Of a stretch of DNA of 43,552 bases, positions 17,836 to 25,442 are shown in pieces. Both the position numbers and the translations under genes were made by a program. The notes below the pieces were generated by a model. That model was given only the letters and a program-made list of their open reading frames with translations. It made no database searches and was not told the DNA's origin. Origin of the DNA: a virus (taxonomy: Duplodnaviria > Caudoviricetes); the IMG/VR virus record IMGVR_UViG_3300037419_000730, positions 1 through 43,552 of that record. The stretch is one strand, 5' to 3'. The first letter of the stretch is position 1, and each line of letters begins with the position of its first letter.

Positions 17836-18495
17836 TCAGCTCCATGAAAGCTTGATCGCACCTTGCGCACCCCCGGTCGGAGTGACGCCATCCCAAGCCC
17901 CGCCGCCACCGCCGTAGGGGTTGCCGTCGCTGGCTCGATCGCCGGGAGCGCCCGCCCCAGCAAGGCCGCCTCCGCTCGTGCCGCCTGTCGTGCCGTCTAC
18001 TGACGCATTGCCGCCATTGCTAATGGGCCCAGCCGCGCCGCCGCCAGCCTCAACGCCTTGGTTTTGACTTGCGCTACCGCCGCTGAACTTCACATCTCCG
18101 ACGCCGCTTGCAGCCACGCCGCCATGGAATAGCGTTCCATCAGTGCCGCCACCCTTGGCAAGCATGAGCGTCGTTCCGCCAGAGGTATTCTGTTTGGCGA
18201 AGGCGTCCCCGCCTGCGGTCCTCTGCGGCGGTGCGGCCGGAATGCTGATGTAGATGCCAGTGACGCCCGTCAGGCTGGCAAGCGTGGTTTTGCTGTACGC
18301 CGCGCCGCCGCCGCCGCAATTGAGGATTTCGCTTCCGCTAGCGCCGGCCGCGTAGCCTTCGATAACCACCGAAGTCGCACCCGCGGGAACAGCGACCGTC
18401 TGCGCCCCCGGTGTGATGTACGTGGTGGAGAAGGGCAGGACCGGACCCGCAGGGGCGTGCGATATCGTCAAACCGAGCGACAGCCCTATCTGCAT
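17836..18495 (-). CDS. Putative head fibre (RcGTA Rcc01080-like N-terminus plus glycine-rich domain)
   Basis: Starts MQIGLSLGL; Gly-rich body; follows two spike-base genes. Confidence 0.65.
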   Translation of the reverse strand: MQIGLSLGLTISHAPAGPVLPFSTTYITPGAQTVAVPAGATSVVIEGYAAGASGSEILNCGGGGAAYSKTTLASLTGVTGIYISIPAAPPQRTAGGDAFAKQNTSGGTTLMLAKGGGTDGTLFHGGVAASGVGDVKFSGGSASQNQGVEAGGGAAGPISNGGNASVDGTTGGTSGGGLAGAGAPGDRASDGNPYGGGGGAWDGVTPTGGAQGAIKLSWS

Positions 18496-18499
18496 GATT

Positions 18500-18766
18500 T
18501 CAGTACAGCGCGAGGATGTTGGTGGCGGCCGTGCCGGTGGCGTACACGCGCTTGACACTCACGGGCAGCACGCCGGCCGGCGCGTTCTTGAACGTCACCG
18601 TGGTGCCATCGGCCATATCGACCTTGACGTCGCCTGCGACGCCGACGTACAGCGCGCGGGTCGGCGCGATCGGCAGGTCGCTGCCGTCCGCGGTCGTTAC
18701 ACCCGCGGCGCTCACCGCCGACTGCGTGTTCTTCGCGTCCAGTTGGAAAAGCGGGGGAGCGGCCAT
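18500..18766 (-). CDS. Head spike base protein (Rcc01079-like), copy 2
   Basis: DLP..TRALYVGVAGDVKV..GTTVTF..LPVSVKRVYATGTAATNILALY. Confidence 0.8.
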   Translation of the reverse strand: MAAPPLFQLDAKNTQSAVSAAGVTTADGSDLPIAPTRALYVGVAGDVKVDMADGTTVTFKNAPAGVLPVSVKRVYATGTAATNILALY

Positions 18767-18769
18767 GGC

Positions 18770-19072
18770 TTAGCCCTTGCGATACAGCGCGAAGATGCCG
18801 GTGGCCGTCGTGCTGGTGCTCTTGATGCGCTGGGCCTTGCACTCGGTGATCTGCCCTGCGCCCAGCGAGGTGAGCACGGCCGTGCCGGCGTCCGGCAGGT
18901 TGATCGCCACGTTGCCGGCGCCGGTCACGTAGATCGCATCGCACGGTCCGTTGGGCAGGTCGTTGGCGTCACTGGCGGTGACGGCGTAGCCATCGTATTC
19001 GGCCTGTGAGAGCCGAAAGCCCTTGGCCTGGTTCAGCCCGCCGGCGGGCGATCGTTGAAAAAGCAGTCCCAT
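18770..19072 (-). CDS. Head spike base protein (Rcc01079-like), copy 1
   Basis: AAGGAG RBS; AVTASDANDLP..AIYVTGAGNV..RIKSTSTTATGIFALY. Confidence 0.75.
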   Translation of the reverse strand: MGLLFQRSPAGGLNQAKGFRLSQAEYDGYAVTASDANDLPNGPCDAIYVTGAGNVAINLPDAGTAVLTSLGAGQITECKAQRIKSTSTTATGIFALYRKG

Positions 19073-19083
19073 CTCGATCTCCT

Positions 19084-20799
19084 TCAGGTGTACCCGGAAA
19101 ACGCCTGCGTGGCGTCCTGCAGCGCGTTGCTCGCCCCGCCCTGCGTGGGCGTGGTCGCGAGCGATTGCGCTGTTTTGGCTTGCTGCTCGGCGAGCGCAGC
19201 CTGCTGCGCCTGCGCCTGCTGCTTGGCGCGTTGCGCGCGGATCTGGTTCACGCCGTCTTCGTCGACCACCAGCTTCGGATCCACGCCCAGCATGTCGCTG
19301 TAGCTGTCGGCCCAGTAATCCACGTCCAGCTTGTCCAGCACCTCGGGCTTGATCGCCGCGAGGTTCGCCAGGCCGCCCACGAAGCGGTCGACGCTGTTGG
19401 TGGCCACGGCCCTTTGGGCCTGCGCCAGCATGGAGATCAGCTCCACGTTCAGGTCCTCGCCCTGAAGCTCCTCGGGCGGCGGGGGCACGATGCCCGCTTC
19501 GATCATCTTCTCGAAGGTGATGTCGATCAGCGGATTGAGCAGCTCGTTGTGCAGCCGCTCGAGCACGGGCCCGAGCATCAGCATCTTTTCCTCGTGGCGC
19601 TCGGCCACTTCGGTGGCCGTCATGCGCGTGGTCGCCGGGTTGTCCTGCGACAGCATCAGGAACAGGTCGGCGTAAAAGCTTGCGCGGATACGCCCGCGCA
19701 CATCGTTGATGTCGGCCAGCAGGTGGTCGAGCTGAAGCCGCACGTCGAACATCGATTCGATCTTGTCGCCGTTGCCCGCGCTGTCGCGAAAAGTCACGCC
19801 GCCGGGTAAGCGGTTCACCTCGCGATTCTTCAGCGAAGTGGGCAGCTGCAGCGGCGGGTTGGACATGTAGTCGATACCCTGCGACTTGCGCAACTGCTCC
19901 TGCTGCAGCTGCTTGATGTCGCCCAGCGCTTCCATCGCTGGAGAGTTGCCGTAGATGTCCCCGCCCGTGAGGTCCCAGCGCGGGGCCAGCACACAAAAAC
20001 GCTTGTAGCCCGACTCGCGCAGGGGCTTGTCACCCAGCTCGCGCCCTCCGTTGCCGATCTCCCAGTAGATCGAGCGCCACGGCATGTTGGCCGCGTCGGC
20101 CTTGCCCGGGTCGCGATCCTCGCGCGGCTCGACGACGTGCAGAATCGTGACCCAGTTGTCCAGCTGCCCGCGGTCGAACATGTTCTGCACGGTGCTGCTG
20201 CAGTTCTCGCGCCCGAATTCCTTGACCAGTTCGCTCACTGTCTTCTGGAATTCACGATACAGCGTGCAGACTTCGCCCTTCCAGTTGGTCGCGATGGCGT
20301 ACTCGCCGGCCGTCAGCGGAAAGAGGTGGATGACCGTCTCGAAGTCCTCCACCACGATCGCAGCGCTGGTGCCGAACGCGCCCAGCTCCTGATACATGCC
20401 CGCGAGCACCCGGTAGACGTTGGAGCGCTGAAAGATGTCCAGCATCGTGGACGTGCATTGCGACAGCCATTCCTTGACGGCCGCGTTGCGCATCAGCGCC
20501 TGGTCGCGCGTGCCCAGGCGAAACCACGGCCGCGCGGGCGAGGTCAGCCCGCCCATCAGGCCCGCCGCGAGCGTGTACAGCGCGCGCGTGCCGGTGTTGT
20601 CGAAGATGGCGTTGTTGCGCCTCCACCCCTTGTTGCGGTCCTGCACGAAGTAGCGGCCCTGGCGCGGCAGCAAGTAGGTGGAGATGTCCTGCCAGTGCGC
20701 AACCCAGCTGGCGCGCTCGGCCTTCAGCTGCCCCCATCGCGTGAAGCAGCGCTTCTTCAGCTCGGCGATGTCTCGCGCGGCAACGGTTTCGTCGGCCAT
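19084..20799 (-). CDS. Portal (head-to-tail connector) protein
   Basis: GLTSPARPWF, GDIYGNSPAMEALGD and RMTATEVAERHEEK..LGPV motifs. Confidence 0.93.
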   Translation of the reverse strand: MADETVAARDIAELKKRCFTRWGQLKAERASWVAHWQDISTYLLPRQGRYFVQDRNKGWRRNNAIFDNTGTRALYTLAAGLMGGLTSPARPWFRLGTRDQALMRNAAVKEWLSQCTSTMLDIFQRSNVYRVLAGMYQELGAFGTSAAIVVEDFETVIHLFPLTAGEYAIATNWKGEVCTLYREFQKTVSELVKEFGRENCSSTVQNMFDRGQLDNWVTILHVVEPREDRDPGKADAANMPWRSIYWEIGNGGRELGDKPLRESGYKRFCVLAPRWDLTGGDIYGNSPAMEALGDIKQLQQEQLRKSQGIDYMSNPPLQLPTSLKNREVNRLPGGVTFRDSAGNGDKIESMFDVRLQLDHLLADINDVRGRIRASFYADLFLMLSQDNPATTRMTATEVAERHEEKMLMLGPVLERLHNELLNPLIDITFEKMIEAGIVPPPPEELQGEDLNVELISMLAQAQRAVATNSVDRFVGGLANLAAIKPEVLDKLDVDYWADSYSDMLGVDPKLVVDEDGVNQIRAQRAKQQAQAQQAALAEQQAKTAQSLATTPTQGGASNALQDATQAFSGYT

Positions 20800-21068
20800 C
20801 AGTTTCCGTACAGCGATTGCTTGGTGGTCTTCAGCGTCTTCGGATCGACGCCTTGCGGACCGGTGAGGAACGTGCTGGCCAGGCTCGAGGGATTGCTCGC
20901 CTGCACGTTGGCCAGCGTCTGCGCCGCGTCCGGTGCGCGCGAAGGCTGCGGCGCCGGTGCGGGCGCCTGCTGCGCGGGCATCGCAGCGCCCTTGTTGCGC
21001 CCGGCCAGCGCAGCGCCCAGCCCCACGCCCATCGCCAATCCGCCCCAGCCGCCTGTGTCCATGCCCAT
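20799..21068 (-). CDS. Small virion assembly protein (T7 gp7.3-like position)
   Basis: MG start, PAP linker, STFLTGPQG...KQSLYG C-terminus; precedes the portal. Confidence 0.65.
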   Translation of the reverse strand: MGMDTGGWGGLAMGVGLGAALAGRNKGAAMPAQQAPAPAPQPSRAPDAAQTLANVQASNPSSLASTFLTGPQGVDPKTLKTTKQSLYGN

Positions 21069-21070
21069 GG

Positions 21071-21508
21071 TTACAGCTCCTTCATCCACACGTTGTCGAC
21101 GCACTCGTAACCATGCGCGCCCAGCGTGTCGCCTGCGCGCGTGCCGGATCGCATGTGCCAGAAGGCAAAGCGCGCACCGCGCGCGCGGGCGATCTCCTCG
21201 CCCAAGTGCATCAGCCGAGCGCCCATCAGGCCGCCGCGGTACTGCGGCGTGACGTACAGCGGATTGCCGCTGGCCACCTTCACCGCGGGGTTGAACGGGT
21301 GCGGCGCGAGCGTGATGCCTGCGTAGCCCACGAGCTCGCCGTCGATGAAGCCGCCCAGCGCGAGAAACAGAGTCGCGTCCTGCATGGCCACGAAGAAGTC
21401 GCGCGCCGGTGCGAAGTCGAACCCGCAGCCGGTTTCCCGCCAGTTCGCTCGCATCAGCGGCAAAGCAGCGTCCCAGTGTTCGGCGATGTTGATCTCGCGC
21501 ACGGCCAT
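21071..21508 (-). CDS. GNAT-family acetyltransferase
   Basis: LYVTPQYRGGLMGARL acetyl-CoA motif. Confidence 0.8.
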   Translation of the reverse strand: MAVREINIAEHWDAALPLMRANWRETGCGFDFAPARDFFVAMQDATLFLALGGFIDGELVGYAGITLAPHPFNPAVKVASGNPLYVTPQYRGGLMGARLMHLGEEIARARGARFAFWHMRSGTRAGDTLGAHGYECVDNVWMKEL

Positions 21509-21538
21509 AGCGAGCCGAGGCTAAGGGCCGTGTCGCGA

Positions 21539-21550
21539 GTTATGGAAACT
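21539..21550 (-). promoter_or_regulatory. Late-promoter box (portal operon)
   Basis: AGTTTCCATAAC-N15-TAGCCT-N9-ATG. Confidence 0.85.
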
Positions 21551-22811
21551 ACGTGAGCATCGACTTGCCGTAGCCGAAGGTGTCCTTGGCCGTGAGCAGC
21601 GTGCCGGCCACCCCGGCCATGGAGCCGGACGCGCCGCCTTGCGCCGCGGCGTTGGCGTATTCGCCCGCACCCACCTCGGGCTGGGGCGGCGTGTACGACG
21701 GCGACAGGGCGGTGGTCTGGGTGCCGTCGTCGGGTGTGGGCGTCAGCGCGGTGGTGATTGCAGAGACAACGGGCAGGACCTGCGAGATGGTGTTCAAGAG
21801 CGTGCTGCCCGCGCCTGCACCTGCTGTGACGCCTCCACCTGCCACACCCGGGGCGGCGGTTACAGGCGTCGCGGGCGTCGTCACCCCGCCGGTGCCCCCA
21901 TTGATGAACGAGTTCGGATCGCCCAGGTCCGGTGTATACGGGTTTTGCGGCGTGTAGATGCCCGGCTCGCTGATCACCTGCTGACCCGCATCTGCGACGT
22001 TCAGCGCCGGGTCGTTGATGAACGAGCTCGCATCGCCTAGTGTCTGCGCGCCCGTGGTCGTCAGGCCCTGCGCACCGCCCATGCTGGCCATGTTCGGGCT
22101 GGTGTTGAACTGCAGGCCGGTGCCGCTGTTGCTCGAGACGTTCAGGCCTGTGCCTGCGTTGCCTTCCAGCGGCCCGATCTGCGTTCCTTGCACGCCGCCG
22201 GTGAGGCTGTAATCCGCGTTCACCGACGTCGGACCGGTCAGGAACGAGCTGCCCGGCTCGCTGCCGTACGGGATGGCCACGCCACCATTCGCCTCCAGAC
22301 CAGCCGAGCCCGCGTCCAATGCGTTGATCGAGTTGCCCTGCACGGTCAGCGAGGAATCAGCAGCACCACCCGCCCCTGCCGCGCCGGCCGCGCCGGCCGC
22401 CACGTTACCGAAGGCATAGGCGAGCAAGGCCTCCGTGAGCATTGACATGCCCTTTTCGAACCCGGAGGGCGGGGCGATGTACTGCTGGCCAAGGAATTTG
22501 CCGGACGGGTCGTACTGGTTCTGCCAGCCGCTGCCGCCGTAGTGGGCGTCCTGGAAGGACGTGGGGCTGAACCCGGCAAAGCCAGCCAGCTGGTACTGGT
22601 TGGAACCCTGGTCCTCACCGAAGGACATCACGCCCGTGGGCGTCGTGGCCGCGCCCGACAGCTGCAAGTTGCCGATCTTGCCGCCGATGCCGTTCAACGA
22701 CGCCAGTTCCTCCGGTGTCAGGTCGCGCGCCATCGCGTTGAGCGCGGCATCCGGGCTGGAGCCAGCCGGCTTGTACGGGTTCGACGATTGGGTCAGGAGG
22801 GTGTCAGGCAT
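21549..22811 (-). CDS. Low-complexity Gly/Thr/Ser-rich hypothetical protein, 420 aa
   Basis: Own late promoter and GGAG RBS; exactly fills the terL-GNAT gap. Confidence 0.75.
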   Translation of the reverse strand: MPDTLLTQSSNPYKPAGSSPDAALNAMARDLTPEELASLNGIGGKIGNLQLSGAATTPTGVMSFGEDQGSNQYQLAGFAGFSPTSFQDAHYGGSGWQNQYDPSGKFLGQQYIAPPSGFEKGMSMLTEALLAYAFGNVAAGAAGAAGAGGAADSSLTVQGNSINALDAGSAGLEANGGVAIPYGSEPGSSFLTGPTSVNADYSLTGGVQGTQIGPLEGNAGTGLNVSSNSGTGLQFNTSPNMASMGGAQGLTTTGAQTLGDASSFINDPALNVADAGQQVISEPGIYTPQNPYTPDLGDPNSFINGGTGGVTTPATPVTAAPGVAGGGVTAGAGAGSTLLNTISQVLPVVSAITTALTPTPDDGTQTTALSPSYTPPQPEVGAGEYANAAAQGGASGSMAGVAGTLLTAKDTFGYGKSMLT

Positions 22812-22813
22812 GT

Positions 22814-24463
22814 TCAGCGCTCCATGAACGCCAGCGGATCGTAGGAAGCTGCGCCCGGGTTATGGAAACTGTCCATCTGCGCGAGCGGGTCGTAGCCCAG
22901 CACCTGCGCGTTGCCCCGCGCCGCGCGCAGCACGTTGATCTTGGGCGTGTCGATCAGCGCCATGATCGCGGCGCTGCCGTAGTCGGGGGAGCGGCCGATG
23001 CGCTTGATGATGTCCTCGCGCGATTCGACCTTGATCGTCTTGCCCTGCAGCTGCCACTTCGGCGCCGTGAGGTCGGCCTTCAGGCGCGGGATGAGCGGCA
23101 GCGCCATCTGCACAGCGTTGGCAGGGTCGAGCGCTTCGCGCATCGCCCACCACAGTTGCGACCGGAGATTGAAAAACGACAGCATGCCCGACTTGTCGCG
23201 CGTGGTGGCTGCCGTGCTCACGTTCACGCCGATCACCTGCTGGTGAAGTTCGACGAGCTTGTCGTAAGGGCTGGCGCCCACGCCGATCACGTCGATGTGA
23301 ATGGGGGCGTCGTCGCGCTTGACAGCCAGCACCTGGCCGGCCACCGCGGCGCCGTCGGGCGTCTGCTTGCCGGGTAGTGCGATCGGCTCGCCGAACCACA
23401 TCGGCTCGTGGCGCGGAATGATCACCGTCTCATCCAGGCCTCCACGCGCAACGTCCACGCCCAGCGATGCCATGGGCGCGAGCACCTCAGGGCGCTTCCA
23501 CCGCGCCATCGCCGCGTCGACCCATGCGGTGGGAATGACTTGCCAGGGGTCATCCTGCACGCCGGCTTTGAAGTCGCCGTACAGCATCTGCGAGCGCAGC
23601 GGCTCGGGCAACGATTGAAGTGTGCTCATGTAGCCACTCGCCATGTAGTAGGGGTTGTCGGTCACGCGCGCAGGGATGAACGTGCGCGACTTCGGGACGA
23701 TGATCTCCTCGGGCTTGTGCTGCTTCGCATCGAAGTCGTACACACGCTCGGCGCCGCGCAGCACGAAGGGCCTGTTGTCGGGGACCTCGTTGTCCTTGCC
23801 CGCGATCGTGGTGAACCAGCGAAGCTCGCCAGGCAATGCGGGGTTGGGGTGCTTGTCGTCCAGCCACGGGGCGAAAAACTCGATCACCCAGCGACCTTCG
23901 CTGGTGGTGGGTGGGTTGAACGTGAGCAGCGCCTGCTGCCTGATGCCCTCCTCGCCCGTGCGCATCCATCCCATGATGAATCGCACCTGTGCCTCGCGCA
24001 TCTCGGTGGCCTCGTCGAAGGCCTTCAGGTCGTGCGGGCGGCCCTGCCAGCGCCGCTCATCGCCCGGGTTGTCCAGGCCGCCGAACTCGATCAGCGGGGC
24101 GCTACCCGCGTTCACGCGCCACAGCGACTTCTGCGAGTTGTAGCCCACGGTGTGCCCGAGGATCTCGGACATGCGCTGGATGAAGCCCTCGGTCTGCGCT
24201 TTCTCGCGCCGAACGACGAGCACGCGCTTGTGCTTGGTGATCGACAGGCCGGCGATCAGGTCGGTCTTGCCCCCGCCGGCCGCGCCGCCGTAGCCGATGA
24301 TGTCGGCCTCGCTGTCGTAGGCCATCAGCTGCGGGCCAGCGAGCGGCTCCCACAGCTTGCGATTGGCCTCGAGGATCGCGTCGAACTCCGCGCGCTCCTC
24401 CGCGTTCAGGTAGGGCAGCAGCTGCGCGATCTCCGCAGCCGACAGGTCGATGGCTTCGAGCAC
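22814..24463 (-). CDS. terL: Terminase large subunit
   Basis: Walker A GGAAGGGKT, Walker B KAFDEA, nuclease LGVDVARGG.D and SPDYG. Confidence 0.93.
   Translation of the reverse strand: MLEAIDLSAAEIAQLLPYLNAEERAEFDAILEANRKLWEPLAGPQLMAYDSEADIIGYGGAAGGGKTDLIAGLSITKHKRVLVVRREKAQTEGFIQRMSEILGHTVGYNSQKSLWRVNAGSAPLIEFGGLDNPGDERRWQGRPHDLKAFDEATEMREAQVRFIMGWMRTGEEGIRQQALLTFNPPTTSEGRWVIEFFAPWLDDKHPNPALPGELRWFTTIAGKDNEVPDNRPFVLRGAERVYDFDAKQHKPEEIIVPKSRTFIPARVTDNPYYMASGYMSTLQSLPEPLRSQMLYGDFKAGVQDDPWQVIPTAWVDAAMARWKRPEVLAPMASLGVDVARGGLDETVIIPRHEPMWFGEPIALPGKQTPDGAAVAGQVLAVKRDDAPIHIDVIGVGASPYDKLVELHQQVIGVNVSTAATTRDKSGMLSFFNLRSQLWWAMREALDPANAVQMALPLIPRLKADLTAPKWQLQGKTIKVESREDIIKRIGRSPDYGSAAIMALIDTPKINVLRAARGNAQVLGYDPLAQMDSFHNPGAASYDPLAFMER
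22859..22870 (-). promoter_or_regulatory. Late-promoter box inside the terL 3' end
   Basis: AGTTTCCATAAC-N15-TACGAT. Confidence 0.8.
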
Positions 24464-24465
24464 GG

Positions 24466-24930
24466 CTACAGCAGGTCGGCCACCTCGCGCGCGGCCTTGC
24501 GCATGCGCGCGGTGACCAGCAGCGCCTCGGCGCGTGCGGCCGCATCGTTGTCCTCGGGCTGCGTGCGCAGGGAGCCGTCGGAGTTGGTGAGGTCGATCGA
24601 TTGCTGGTGGCGAAAGCGGGCTGGGTCGTACGACTGCAGCAGGAACATCATCAGCTTGTCGCTGCCACGCATCGCGCGCCGCTCGGCCTCAGCGATGAGG
24701 TGCTCGACGCGAAGGCGCGTGGCGTCCTCCCAGCGCTTGGCGAAGGCCTCATCGCCCCGCCGCTTGGCGTACAGGTGCGACCAGTTCAGGGCGACGGCGG
24801 CGGCGGCCTGGCGCACCGTGCAGCCGTGTCGCAGCAGGCGGAAGAACTCATCCTCGCGCTCCTCGCGCGTCAGGCCCGCCACCACGCCAGGTGGTTCGGG
24901 TCCGATCAGGTCGTCGACAGCTTCAGCCAT
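24466..24930 (-). CDS. terS: Terminase small subunit
   Basis: N-terminal HTH, EAERRA..GSDKLMMFLL motif; upstream of terL. Confidence 0.8.
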   Translation of the reverse strand: MAEAVDDLIGPEPPGVVAGLTREEREDEFFRLLRHGCTVRQAAAAVALNWSHLYAKRRGDEAFAKRWEDATRLRVEHLIAEAERRAMRGSDKLMMFLLQSYDPARFRHQQSIDLTNSDGSLRTQPEDNDAAARAEALLVTARMRKAAREVADLL

Positions 24931-24959
24931 GCCGGCGAGGGTATGCGCACCTTGCCGGG

Positions 24960-24971
24960 GTTATGGAAACT
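24960..24971 (-). promoter_or_regulatory. Late-promoter box (terminase operon)
   Basis: AGTTTCCATAAC-N16-TACCCT-N7-ATG. Confidence 0.85.
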
Positions 24972-25175
24972 TCACCGCCCGCGGCGAAGGGCGAAGTTGC
25001 AGACCTTCGACACGTAGCCCTTGCTGCGGTCGAAACGGCGGGCGAGCTCCGCCACGCGCATGCCGCCGTCGCGAAGCTGCCGCATCAGCTCCACCTCGTG
25101 GTCCGTGAGCTCGGCGCGATGGTGCGAGTCGCCGATGCGATAGCCGTTCACGCCGCGTTTGATCGCCAGTTCCAT
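24972..25175 (-). CDS. Small HTH protein, candidate late-gene activator
   Basis: GGAGG RBS; MRVAELARRFDRSKGYVSKV HTH; its stop abuts the first late box. Confidence 0.7.
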   Translation of the reverse strand: MELAIKRGVNGYRIGDSHHRAELTDHEVELMRQLRDGGMRVAELARRFDRSKGYVSKVCNFALRRGR

Positions 25176-25442
25176 GGTCCCGTCCTCCGTGCGAAAAACT
25201 GCAAGTTGCAAATTTCTGCTGGTTCGTCCTCTTTGCCGTCCGGTCCGTCGTTTGTGCCGTTTCTGGAACACGAGCTGTGGCACATGAACACTCCCCCCTA
25301 AAGGGGGGAGATGTGTCCTGTGCCTTTGTGCCTTGGAACGTTCCGGCACATGTGCCACGTGTTCCACGTGTGCCAGCAAAAATCTGCACGTTCAACCCGC
25401 CTTGAACTTGCACAAAACTGCCAACTGGAAAGTTTTTGCGCG

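Noticed and set aside
21071-21508. Pre-portal GNAT as a novel toxin or defence gene
   Set aside because: Acetyltransferases in the virion module are common in this phage group, and no antitoxin partner is evident.
1904-24971. GTTATGGAAACT repeats as a CRISPR array
   Set aside because: Only 12 bp and dispersed over 23 kb, always upstream of genes. The Cas4-like gene is the usual phage DUF2800 exonuclease.
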